Source of the DNA: Candidatus Micrarchaeota archaeon
GTDB taxonomy: Archaea > Micrarchaeota > Micrarchaeia > Anstonellales > Bilamarchaeaceae
Direction: 5' to 3'
Assembly: GCA_013425455.1 (NCBI GenBank)
Contig: JACCLI010000011.1
Location: forward strand, 1 to 48,643
Length of the DNA stretch: 48,643 nucleotides
In this document: piece by piece, positions 25,952 to 33,710 of the stretch
How positions within the stretch are numbered: the stretch's first letter is position 1
Layout: each line of letters begins with the position of its first letter
Translations under genes and position numbers: made by a program
The notes under the pieces: generated by a model
What the model was told of the DNA's origin: nothing
Database searches by the model: none
What the model saw: the letters and a program-made list of their open reading frames with translations, nothing else

Positions 25952-28180
25952 ATGTCGAAATGCCCTTTTGAGTTTGCATCCGCTGAATTCCTGAACTTCC
26001 ACCTGAAGGACCTCTCGACCATAGAGGAGCCCATAAAGACGCTCCGTTATGAGGAGGAAATCATTGTGGAATTGGATGAGGAGAAGACATACATCCTCGT
26101 GGAATACGCCTCTGTAATCAAGCAGATAGAGGGGATCATGCTCAACAAGGAGGTGTACGGGCTTGAGCAGGACGAGAATTATGCGAAGAGGAAGGAGGCA
26201 ATCCGAAAATTCTACGAATTCATATTCATGAACCCGCTAATGGCGGAGAAAATCCTCAAGGACTATAAGGAGCCGGCCGCCGAGCGCTCCGTGTTCGCAA
26301 AGGGGCAGCAGAACTTCAAGGCTTGGATAAACGGGATAATGAAGAGGTTTACTGAAACCCATCTCTTCCAATTGACTAAGGAGGTTGGGGACCTCCGGGC
26401 TGCGTTCCTTTCCCTTGCCGGCCTCCGGACAATGGGGTTCGTCTCATCCCTCCTTCTGGAGATACCCCAGAATGCGAAGACATTGGCAACCCCGGACGCA
26501 AAGTATGACCTCAGGTATGGTGTTTCCACGCAGATTTACGAAATTCCCGGAGGGGAGGCCTACCTCTACGTGCAGGAGAACAAGGGAATAAACGAACTTC
26601 CGGCCGAGCTCTCCGCGATGATGAAAACGCTCATAGAGGCGCAGATGAAGGAAACTTTCCCAGAGGAACAATTTGACATTCTCTATCAGTTGAAGACCCG
26701 CGAGTACAGGCAGTATTTCCTTGATGATGCAATCAAAAAAGGAATAGAAATTACGCCCCACCAGGCCCTGATAATGGGGCGTGAAGTGGCGAACTGGATT
26801 GTCGGCCTTGGTTCGCCGATTGAGAACCTCGCCCTGGACAATGAGAATATCACGGACATCTATATCGACTCGGAGAACTCTCCATTGTACATAGAGCACG
26901 CGAAATTCGGCATTTGCCATACCTTGTACAGGTATAGCCGTCCATTGCTGGAAAGGGCCTTCAGGAACATAGTCCTCTCGGAAAAGGGAAGGAAATTCGA
27001 CGACATGAACCCTGTGGTGGACGTGGTGGTTAAGAGGCACTCCATGAGGACGCACCTCCAGAGGCCCCCCGCGACCTTCGGGCCGCTCGTTGGCGCATTG
27101 AGGATAATGCAGGAGGCGCCCTTCACCTACCCGCAATATTTGTATTTCAAATCCTTCAACCCGTTCTTCGCTGGCTACGACGATGTGATGGTTGGGCTTG
27201 GCTGCAGCGAGGCGGTCCTCGGGCTAAAGGGAGTTGGTAAGACCGCGTTTACCGCCGCTAAAATTACCGCGATTGGAACGAAGAAGAGGATCATTCCCAT
27301 CCAGGATATCCAGGAAATCCCTGTGAGCGCTTTCAGGAAGCGCGGCTTCCATATAGGTGCTGCAAAAGTTAAATCCGGGATAGACGAAGGGCCCACGTAT
27401 AAGCCCACGGGCGAACTGGACCTTGTGCAGATGGCGAATGCATTGCTCAGGATGGGTGATGCGGCGCTCGTGATTAACGAAATCCGTTCGCGCAGCGCGG
27501 TGCAGGGAGTGATTAATCTCCTTAACACGCAGCCCGGGGTATTCCTTCTCTATAACCTGCACGCCGAATCCCTCAAGGATGTGCAGGACCGCCTCGAACT
27601 GGTGTTCGGGATTCCTTCCGCTTCCATGTTTGCGACCGACAGGTACACGTTCCTAAAGAAATTGAGGTTCGGGAGGAAGGGCAGGGTATACCGCGTGCTC
27701 GGATACGAGTATGAGAGCGACCCGGCAAACAGGCAGTTCGTGGAGGTCTTCAAATACAGGAGGGGCCCGACCATAGACACGTGCAGTTTGGAGCCCAAGT
27801 TCATCAAGAACCCGGAAGCAACCATGTGGGACTTCGACAAGGTGGATATGGGCAAACTGCAGGGGCACCTTGATTTGCAGTTCATTCCCCCGGTGCTTGT
27901 GCGCAGGAGCGAGGAGAGCGGAATTGCGCCCGAGCAGTACATCCTGCAGGCGTTCCTCAAGGGGAAGATGTACTACAAGGCATACAAGATGAGCGTTGAC
28001 ACGAATGACAAGCTATTGCGCGAGATAGATTTCGTGGTCAAATTGAACACCGCGACCAACCGCATGCTTGCGGACCTCGAGCAGGAGAACGGGACCGTGG
28101 ATTACAAGGTCGCGCAGGCAAGGCTGGAGGAAATCTTCAAGGAGCAGTACAGGGCGGAGATTGCCTCTAGGACCGCTTAG
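25952..28180 (+). CDS. Divergent secretion-superfamily ATPase (FlaI/VirB11/PilB-like, T2SSE fold) with long N-terminal extension
   Basis: Domain order typical of FlaI/VirB11. N-domain ..DVVVKRHSMRTHLQRPP..GALRIM. Walker A GLKGVGKT. IPIQDIQEIP (compare IEDxxEL). Walker B/Asp box AALVINEIRSRSAV. His box NLHAES. Start is uncertain (ATG 25910 or 25952). Confidence 0.7.
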   Translation: MSKCPFEFASAEFLNFHLKDLSTIEEPIKTLRYEEEIIVELDEEKTYILVEYASVIKQIEGIMLNKEVYGLEQDENYAKRKEAIRKFYEFIFMNPLMAEKILKDYKEPAAERSVFAKGQQNFKAWINGIMKRFTETHLFQLTKEVGDLRAAFLSLAGLRTMGFVSSLLLEIPQNAKTLATPDAKYDLRYGVSTQIYEIPGGEAYLYVQENKGINELPAELSAMMKTLIEAQMKETFPEEQFDILYQLKTREYRQYFLDDAIKKGIEITPHQALIMGREVANWIVGLGSPIENLALDNENITDIYIDSENSPLYIEHAKFGICHTLYRYSRPLLERAFRNIVLSEKGRKFDDMNPVVDVVVKRHSMRTHLQRPPATFGPLVGALRIMQEAPFTYPQYLYFKSFNPFFAGYDDVMVGLGCSEAVLGLKGVGKTAFTAAKITAIGTKKRIIPIQDIQEIPVSAFRKRGFHIGAAKVKSGIDEGPTYKPTGELDLVQMANALLRMGDAALVINEIRSRSAVQGVINLLNTQPGVFLLYNLHAESLKDVQDRLELVFGIPSASMFATDRYTFLKKLRFGRKGRVYRVLGYEYESDPANRQFVEVFKYRRGPTIDTCSLEPKFIKNPEATMWDFDKVDMGKLQGHLDLQFIPPVLVRRSEESGIAPEQYILQAFLKGKMYYKAYKMSVDTNDKLLREIDFVVKLNTATNRMLADLEQENGTVDYKVAQARLEEIFKEQYRAEIASRTA

Positions 28181-28545
28181 CTCGCCTCTATGGTCTTAAC
28201 CCCAAGGCGATTCAGTTCATTTACCACTTTTTCCATTTCTTCCAAAGCTCCTTCCCTGTTCGCCAGGTCTATGACGGGCCTTTTGAATAGGACTAACCTA
28301 GGCCTTGGCTTGCCGTAATATACTTTCATATGCGGCCTTATGATGTGCGGAACCCCCTGGGTGTATTCCACGCGCTCCACCTTGCTGATATCTATCACTG
28401 AGTCGGTATTCACACCCATTACGAAATATAATGGCGTCATCAAAATCGACAATATGCTTGCCATCGCACCGACTATCCCCTCGCGCTTAAGGGTTATTTT
28501 GCCGCCTTCTATAATTATCCTTCCCGATTTGGTCAGTGCTTCCAT
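28177..28545 (-). CDS. Hypothetical protein with one hydrophobic hairpin (PH-like, tentative)
   Basis: Start taken at MEALTKSGRIIIEGGKITLKREG to avoid overlap with the upstream gene. No firm motif. Confidence 0.45.
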   Translation of the reverse strand: MEALTKSGRIIIEGGKITLKREGIVGAMASILSILMTPLYFVMGVNTDSVIDISKVERVEYTQGVPHIIRPHMKVYYGKPRPRLVLFKRPVIDLANREGALEEMEKVVNELNRLGVKTIEAS

Positions 28546-28571
28546 GGGAGGTATTTTGCAAAGAAACGTAT

Positions 28572-29342
28572 TTATTCTGTGCCTTTTGGAGGGAATATTC
28601 CGGATAAATATTCGGAGTTCTTGAGCAGGACATTGTGGATTCCGCTCCCATACTGCAATGCTTTCTTTTTTCTCTTTACCGCCAGTTCCGGGACACCTAA
28701 GAACTTTGCCGCCTCCCTTAGGACGCACTTTTTCAAATTCTTGTCCTCCATCTTTTGCTGCAACGGAATGGAGAAGGCAATCTTTTCCAGTTCGGGGTTA
28801 TAGAAGGGGAACCTCGCCTCAATATCATATTTGCGCATCGCCTTCTTTATCATCTTTATTTCCCTGTTCTTGAGGGTGGAGTATTCCTCTCTTAGGAGCT
28901 TTTCCAAATCCCCGCCTTCTGCCGCATAAGTGTAATAGCGCTCGTATCCAACGAACAATTCCTCAGCTCCGGAGCCGAAGAGCATCACTTCGATTCCTTC
29001 CTTTTGGGCCATCTCCCCTGCTGCGCAGAGAGGCACGAGCAACTCCACTTTCAGGAAATCGCCTGGGAAAATGGAATAGGCGGTCTTGTACAGTTCCATT
29101 ATTTCCGGCTGGGAAAGGATGCGGGTGTGGAGAGGAAGGCCCATCTTTTGTGCGAGCACTTCGGAGTATTGTATGTCCTCGCACCTTTCCGTTCCCACCG
29201 TAAATAGTTCCGGAGAGGAGTATTTCTTCGCCACGTGCGCGATGAGGGTGGAGTCCAGCCCTCCGGAGAAGGCGATTCCCGGCCTTTCCTCTAATGTTTG
29301 CTGGACGCTTTCCTCCAACGCCTTGGCGAGTTCGACTAACAT
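28572..29342 (-). CDS. PP-loop ATP pyrophosphatase, asparagine-synthetase C-terminal-domain family (no glutaminase domain)
   Basis: PP-loop AFSGGLDST and GSGAEELFVGYERYY blocks of the AsnB synthetase domain. At 256 aa it lacks an N-terminal Ntn glutaminase domain. Confidence 0.7.
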   Translation of the reverse strand: MLVELAKALEESVQQTLEERPGIAFSGGLDSTLIAHVAKKYSSPELFTVGTERCEDIQYSEVLAQKMGLPLHTRILSQPEIMELYKTAYSIFPGDFLKVELLVPLCAAGEMAQKEGIEVMLFGSGAEELFVGYERYYTYAAEGGDLEKLLREEYSTLKNREIKMIKKAMRKYDIEARFPFYNPELEKIAFSIPLQQKMEDKNLKKCVLREAAKFLGVPELAVKRKKKALQYGSGIHNVLLKNSEYLSGIFPPKGTE

Positions 29343-29376
29343 AAATGAGGCCTGCTTAGAGCATAATAGCGAATAG

Positions 29377-29871
29377 TTATTTAAGCATCATCCTGTCGCC
29401 CTCCCTTATCCCGTGCCTTTCGCTGAATCCTTTGTTTACCTCCAAAACGTAGAGGGCGTCCGCATCCGGAGGGTAGTTTGGGCAGGGGTCGGCAATGCAG
29501 GGCTCCATCTGGAGAATATCTACTATTGTCCCGTTTTCATCCATGTAGATTGCATTCAGGGGTATTAGGGTATTTTTCATCCAGAAAGGATAATTTCCGG
29601 AACTGGGAAAGATGAAGAGCATCCCCTCGTCCTCTGGAAGGGATTCGCGATACATTAGCCCGCGCTCCATCTCATTCCAATCATCCGCGATTTCCACGTA
29701 GATATGGACTTCCTGCCCAGCGCTGTTGATTATGGTGATTTGCTCCTTCCCGGAATGCGAATTTTGGGTGAGGAGAAAGATTACAATTACTACGATGACG
29801 GCTGCGATTAGAACGTAGATTAGTTTGCTGTCCTTTTTCGGAGGTTCGGGGGGATTTGGTTTCTTTTTCAT
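29377..29871 (-). CDS. DUF192-family protein with N-terminal membrane anchor
   Basis: GLMYRESLPEDEGMLFIF, FWMKNTLIPLNAIYMD and ALYVLEVNKGF match the DUF192 pattern. Start set at MKKKPNPP because the longer ORF runs into the tRNA. Confidence 0.7.
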   Translation of the reverse strand: MKKKPNPPEPPKKDSKLIYVLIAAVIVVIVIFLLTQNSHSGKEQITIINSAGQEVHIYVEIADDWNEMERGLMYRESLPEDEGMLFIFPSSGNYPFWMKNTLIPLNAIYMDENGTIVDILQMEPCIADPCPNYPPDADALYVLEVNKGFSERHGIREGDRMMLK

Positions 29872-29977
29872 AAAACAGCCGTTTGGAGGGTTATGATTAT
29901 GGTAAAGAGATTCGCTCTTTGCGCCGATGTATGGGGCACGGAGCGAAGAAGGGGGGTATCCCCCCTCTTCTTCCAAT

Positions 29978-30075
29978 CGGGCCCGGTGGGATTTGAACCC
30001 ACGACCTACATCTTAGGAGGATGCCGCGCTATCCAGGCTGCGCTTCCCGGCGCAATTTCTTGCGCATACGGGCCC
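29978..30075 (-). tRNA. tRNA-Arg (anticodon CCU) with 23-nt insertion (putative non-canonical intron, about 30044..30066)
   Basis: Reverse complement: GGGCCCG UA [UGCGCAAGAAAUUGCGCCGGGAA] GCGC AGCCUGGAUA GCGC G GCAUC CUCCUAA GAUGU AGGUC GUGGG UUCAAAU CCCAC CGGGCCC G. With the bracketed 23 nt removed this is a perfect 75-nt cloverleaf. Confidence 0.8.
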
Positions 30076-30120
30076 AGAGGATAACCTCTATCGGCATTCC
30101 GAAAATTATTACCCCGTAAG

Positions 30121-30131
30121 AGTTTATAAAG
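30121..30131 (+). promoter_or_regulatory. TATA-like box AGTTTATAAAG
   Basis: Lies 30-40 nt upstream of ATG 30161. A second AT-rich box (reverse complement TAATAATTTT, about 30103-30112) lies about 30 nt upstream of the tRNA 5' end. Confidence 0.4.
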
Positions 30132-30160
30132 ATTAACCGGTAAAGCGGAGCGGGGTTCCT

Positions 30161-30970
30161 ATGCTTGAAGAAATCATCAAGCGACTTGATATCGTAGACA
30201 CGTCCACGCTTCTCCAGCATGAGGAGATTGTGCCCAAGAATCTGAAAAGGCTAAAAGAAGCCATGTTCAACATCGGGCAGATGGTGGACCCGATAATAAT
30301 GGACGAAAAAGACAGGGTGGTGCTTGACGGCAACCACCGCATGACCGTCCTTAAGGAAATGGAATGCCCACATGCGGCGGTCCAGCCGGTGAATTACTCT
30401 GACCCGAAGATTGAGCTGGGCACCTGGTACCCTGTTTCCAAGACATTTGATGTGGATAAATTTACGAAGGCGGGCGTGAAGGTAGAAAAAGTGGACTTCA
30501 ATGCGGGGCTGGAGGCGGTAAATGCCTCCAAAGCAGCGTTTATGCTCGGGAAGAAGAACGGCCACGGGAAGGAGGCATGGCTGCTTTCCCCAGGCAAATA
30601 CACTTCTATCGCATCCCTTCTTGAGGCGCAGAAGGCGGTTGTGGACTCCGCGGGGGTGAGCACAAACCCGGACGTCACGTACGTGGCGGACGATTTCGGG
30701 GATGTGGCAGAGAATAACGGGCTCGCGGTGCTGTACAGAAGGGCATATGCAAAGAAGGAGGTGGTGGAGAGGGCGAAGAGCGGCGTTCCTTTTCCGCCCA
30801 AATCCACTAGGCATCTTATTCCGAACAGAGTGGTACGCCTGAACATGAGGCTGGGATGGCTGTTTGAGAATAAGGACGAGGCGAGGAGGCTTATGCTGGA
30901 GATGCTCCAGAACAGGGTTTACTCTGGAAATGTGAGGAGGTATCCCGAGCCGGTAATTGTGATATACTAA
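30161..30970 (+). CDS. ParB/sulfiredoxin-fold protein, candidate serine kinase (SerK-like)
   Basis: ParB-like N-domain motif VVLDGNHRMTVL. About 270 aa. Lies immediately upstream of the aminotransferase and PGDH genes. Confidence 0.5.
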   Translation: MLEEIIKRLDIVDTSTLLQHEEIVPKNLKRLKEAMFNIGQMVDPIIMDEKDRVVLDGNHRMTVLKEMECPHAAVQPVNYSDPKIELGTWYPVSKTFDVDKFTKAGVKVEKVDFNAGLEAVNASKAAFMLGKKNGHGKEAWLLSPGKYTSIASLLEAQKAVVDSAGVSTNPDVTYVADDFGDVAENNGLAVLYRRAYAKKEVVERAKSGVPFPPKSTRHLIPNRVVRLNMRLGWLFENKDEARRLMLEMLQNRVYSGNVRRYPEPVIVIY

Positions 30971-30979
30971 ACAGAGGTT

Positions 30980-32053
30980 ATGACTATGGGGATATTGTTG
31001 TCGCCGGGGCCGGTGCACGTGCCGCAGGATGTGATGCTCGTGCAGGTGCAGGAGATGATCACGCACAGGAGCGGGGCGTTCAAGGCGCTTTATACGGACC
31101 TTTGCACGCGGAGCGCGAAATACCTGAACGCCGAGGAGGCGTACGTGATTACGGGTTCGGGCACGCTTGGGATAGAGACCGCGATACTGAACTGCTGCCT
31201 GCCCGAGGAGAAGATGCTCGTGCTGAGCAACGGGAACTTTGGGGATTTGCTTGCGGATACCGCGAAGGTATATACTAATGTGGACAAGAAGTCCATCCCC
31301 GCGGGAAAGGGCTGGGATTTGCACAAGGCGAAGGAGCACATAGACCACTCGGACGCGAAGGTTTTCGGGATGGTTTACAACGAGACGGGGTATGGGGTGC
31401 GAAACCACGCAAAGGAGATCTACCAGTATGCGAAAAAGAAGGGAATGTACACGATAATGGACTCTGTTTCCGCGTGGCCCTCCCTTCCCATGGACATGAA
31501 GGAGTTCGGGGTGGACTTCTTCGTCACTGGATGCCAGAAGGCGATTGGCGCGCCTCCGGGCGCCGCTATTGTAGGGCTGAGCAAGGAGGCAATCGGGAGG
31601 TTCGAGGGGCGGGAGAAGATTCCTTCCCATTACTGCAACCTAAACAGGCACAGGAAGACCTACAAGGAGAAGGGGCAGACCCCGAACACTCCGGCGATTA
31701 CGGTCTATTGGGCCATACAGAGATGCTACGACCACATGGACAAGGAGGGCGGGATTCCCGCATGGGTGGAGAAGCACCGTGTGATTTCTGAGTATGTGCG
31801 CGGGCGCATTACGGAAATGGGGTTGGAACTGATTCCGGAAAAAGGATTTGAGTCCTGGTCCCTTACTGCCTTTAAGCATGAGAAGGCGGCGGACGTGAAG
31901 AAGATGATGCTGGACAGGTACGGGATTACTATTGTGGGATGCAAGGGAGATTTCAAGGATAATGGATTGCGCATAGCGCACATGGGGCTCTTTGACAGGA
32001 AGAACCTTGAGATTGCGCTGGACCTCTTGGAAGAGGTAATTGAGCAGGTGTGA
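30980..32053 (+). CDS. Class V pyridoxal-phosphate aminotransferase (phosphoserine / serine-glyoxylate aminotransferase type)
   Basis: N-terminal LLSPGPVHVPQDV and PLP-lysine context FFVTGCQKAIGAPPG. Confidence 0.85.
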   Translation: MTMGILLSPGPVHVPQDVMLVQVQEMITHRSGAFKALYTDLCTRSAKYLNAEEAYVITGSGTLGIETAILNCCLPEEKMLVLSNGNFGDLLADTAKVYTNVDKKSIPAGKGWDLHKAKEHIDHSDAKVFGMVYNETGYGVRNHAKEIYQYAKKKGMYTIMDSVSAWPSLPMDMKEFGVDFFVTGCQKAIGAPPGAAIVGLSKEAIGRFEGREKIPSHYCNLNRHRKTYKEKGQTPNTPAITVYWAIQRCYDHMDKEGGIPAWVEKHRVISEYVRGRITEMGLELIPEKGFESWSLTAFKHEKAADVKKMMLDRYGITIVGCKGDFKDNGLRIAHMGLFDRKNLEIALDLLEEVIEQV

Positions 32054-32934
32054 GCATGAAAATAGTAATATCGGATGATTTGGACGCGGGAGCGGTGGAG
32101 AACATCAAGAAGGCCGGGCATGTAGTGTATAAGCCCGCGAACCTTGATACGGAACTCGCGGATGCGGATGCGCTGGTGGTGCGGAGCGCCACCAAGGTTA
32201 CGAAGGAGTTTTTGGGGAAGGCGCCGAAGCTCAAGATAGTTTTCCGCGCCGGGGTCGGTGTGGACAACATTGATGTGGAGGCGTGCAAGGCGCGGGGGAT
32301 AAAGGTGCAGAACACCCCTTCCGCTTCCACCAACGCGGTCGCGGAGATTGCGATGGGGCTGGTCATAGGGCTTTTCAGGAACCTTGGGAGGGCGCACCAC
32401 TCCATGAAAAGCGGGAAATGGGAGAAGAAGGCGCTCATGGGGCATGAGATAGAGAGGAAGACCTTGGGGATTATCGGGTGCGGAAGGATCGGGTGCGCGG
32501 TTGCGCACAAGGCGCACGCGCTCGGGATGAAGGTGGTTGCATATAACCCGCCTCCGAGAATTGATTGTGCGGGAGTCCATTATGTGGAGCTGGATGAGCT
32601 GCTTGCGCACTCGGATGTGATTACGATACATGCGGGGGCTTCCAAGGAAACGGAGAACATCATTAATGCGAAGAGCATTGGGAAGATGAAGAAGGGGGCT
32701 TATATCATAAATTTGGCGCGGGGAAACATGGTGGACGAGGAGGCGCTCTATAATGCGCTGAAGGAAGGGAAACTGGGCGGCGCTGCCCTGGATGTGTATA
32801 AGGAGGAACCTTACAAGGGGAAATTGCTGGAATTGGAAAATGTGATATTTACGCCCCATATCGGGGGGAGCACATTTGAGGCGCAGGATAAGATAGGGGC
32901 TGTTATTGCGGAGGAGCTGAAGAAAGGAATTTAA
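32050..32934 (+). CDS. serA: D-3-phosphoglycerate dehydrogenase-type 2-hydroxyacid dehydrogenase (no ACT domain)
   Basis: NAD fold GIIGCGRIGCAVA, NLARGNMVDEEAL, and catalytic His in TPHIGGST. 4-nt overlap with the aminotransferase. Confidence 0.8.
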   Translation: MSMKIVISDDLDAGAVENIKKAGHVVYKPANLDTELADADALVVRSATKVTKEFLGKAPKLKIVFRAGVGVDNIDVEACKARGIKVQNTPSASTNAVAEIAMGLVIGLFRNLGRAHHSMKSGKWEKKALMGHEIERKTLGIIGCGRIGCAVAHKAHALGMKVVAYNPPPRIDCAGVHYVELDELLAHSDVITIHAGASKETENIINAKSIGKMKKGAYIINLARGNMVDEEALYNALKEGKLGGAALDVYKEEPYKGKLLELENVIFTPHIGGSTFEAQDKIGAVIAEELKKGI

Positions 32935-32965
32935 TGCTTAGAGGAGATGGAAAAGAGGGATTCAT

Positions 32966-33184
32966 ATGGCAAAAGTAACACATCTGAAGGACATATGCAT
33001 AGGCTGCGGCGCGTGCGTGGCGGTCTGCCCAAAGTACTGGGAGATGAAGGGGGACGGGAAGTCCCACCTGAAGGGCGCGAAGATGATAAACCCGGACCAC
33101 TTTGAGCTTGTTCTCCCGAATGCGGAGTGCAATGCCGAAGCGGCGGCATCCTGCCCCGTGACCTGCATAAAAGTAGTAAAGTGA
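32966..33184 (+). CDS. Small single-cluster 4Fe-4S ferredoxin
   Basis: CIGCGACVAVCP plus a distal CPVTC. Confidence 0.8.
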   Translation: MAKVTHLKDICIGCGACVAVCPKYWEMKGDGKSHLKGAKMINPDHFELVLPNAECNAEAAASCPVTCIKVVK

Positions 33185-33188
33185 GACT

Positions 33189-33707
33189 GTGGGCATCTAC
33201 ACCCGTACTGGAGATTCAGGGGAAACCACTACTAATGTAGGGAAGAGGGTGAGGAAGGACGACCCTCTTGTGGAGGCTTACGGCTGCCTGGACGAGCTGA
33301 ACTCTTTTTTGGGCCTTGCCCTTGCGCAATCCTCGAGCAAGCACACGAGGGCGGTGATTGCGCGGGTGCAGAAGGAGATATTTGATTTGGGCGCTTCCAT
33401 TTTCTCCGGGCAGATACCTGTCGGAGAAACCAATGTGAAGGCATTGGAGAAGGATATAGATGAAATAGAGGCGAGATTGAAGCCCTTGAAACATTTCATC
33501 ATTCCGGGCGGAACAAAAGAAGCGTGCTACCTGCACTGTGCACGCACGGTTTGCAGGAGGGCGGAAAGGAGGCTTGTTGCCGCTAAGGCGGACAGGATGA
33601 TGGTTAAGTACCTCAATAGGCTGGGGGACCTGCTCTTTGTGCTTGCGAGGCATGAGAACGCGAAGGCTGGAGTGGGTGAGGAAATTTGGAAGAAGGGGAA
33701 AATCTGA
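33189..33707 (+). CDS. PduO-type ATP:cob(I)alamin adenosyltransferase
   Basis: N-terminal MGIYTRTGDSGETT, FIIPGG, RTVCRRAER and YLNRLGDLLFVLAR. GTG start. Confidence 0.85.
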   Translation: MGIYTRTGDSGETTTNVGKRVRKDDPLVEAYGCLDELNSFLGLALAQSSSKHTRAVIARVQKEIFDLGASIFSGQIPVGETNVKALEKDIDEIEARLKPLKHFIIPGGTKEACYLHCARTVCRRAERRLVAAKADRMMVKYLNRLGDLLFVLARHENAKAGVGEEIWKKGKI

Positions 33708-33710
33708 TTT

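Noticed and set aside
29872-29976. N-terminal extension of the DUF192 ORF up to 29976.
   Set aside because: - It would put the start codon 2 nt from the tRNA-Arg 3' end.
- The internal MKKKPNPP start is followed by a basic stretch and then a TM anchor, which is a normal N-terminus.
29343-30160. The tRNA-Arg neighbourhood as an integration site for a mobile element or provirus.
   Set aside because: - No integrase, recombinase or direct repeat of the tRNA 3' end is visible on either side.
- The flanking genes (DUF192, serine cluster) look chromosomal.
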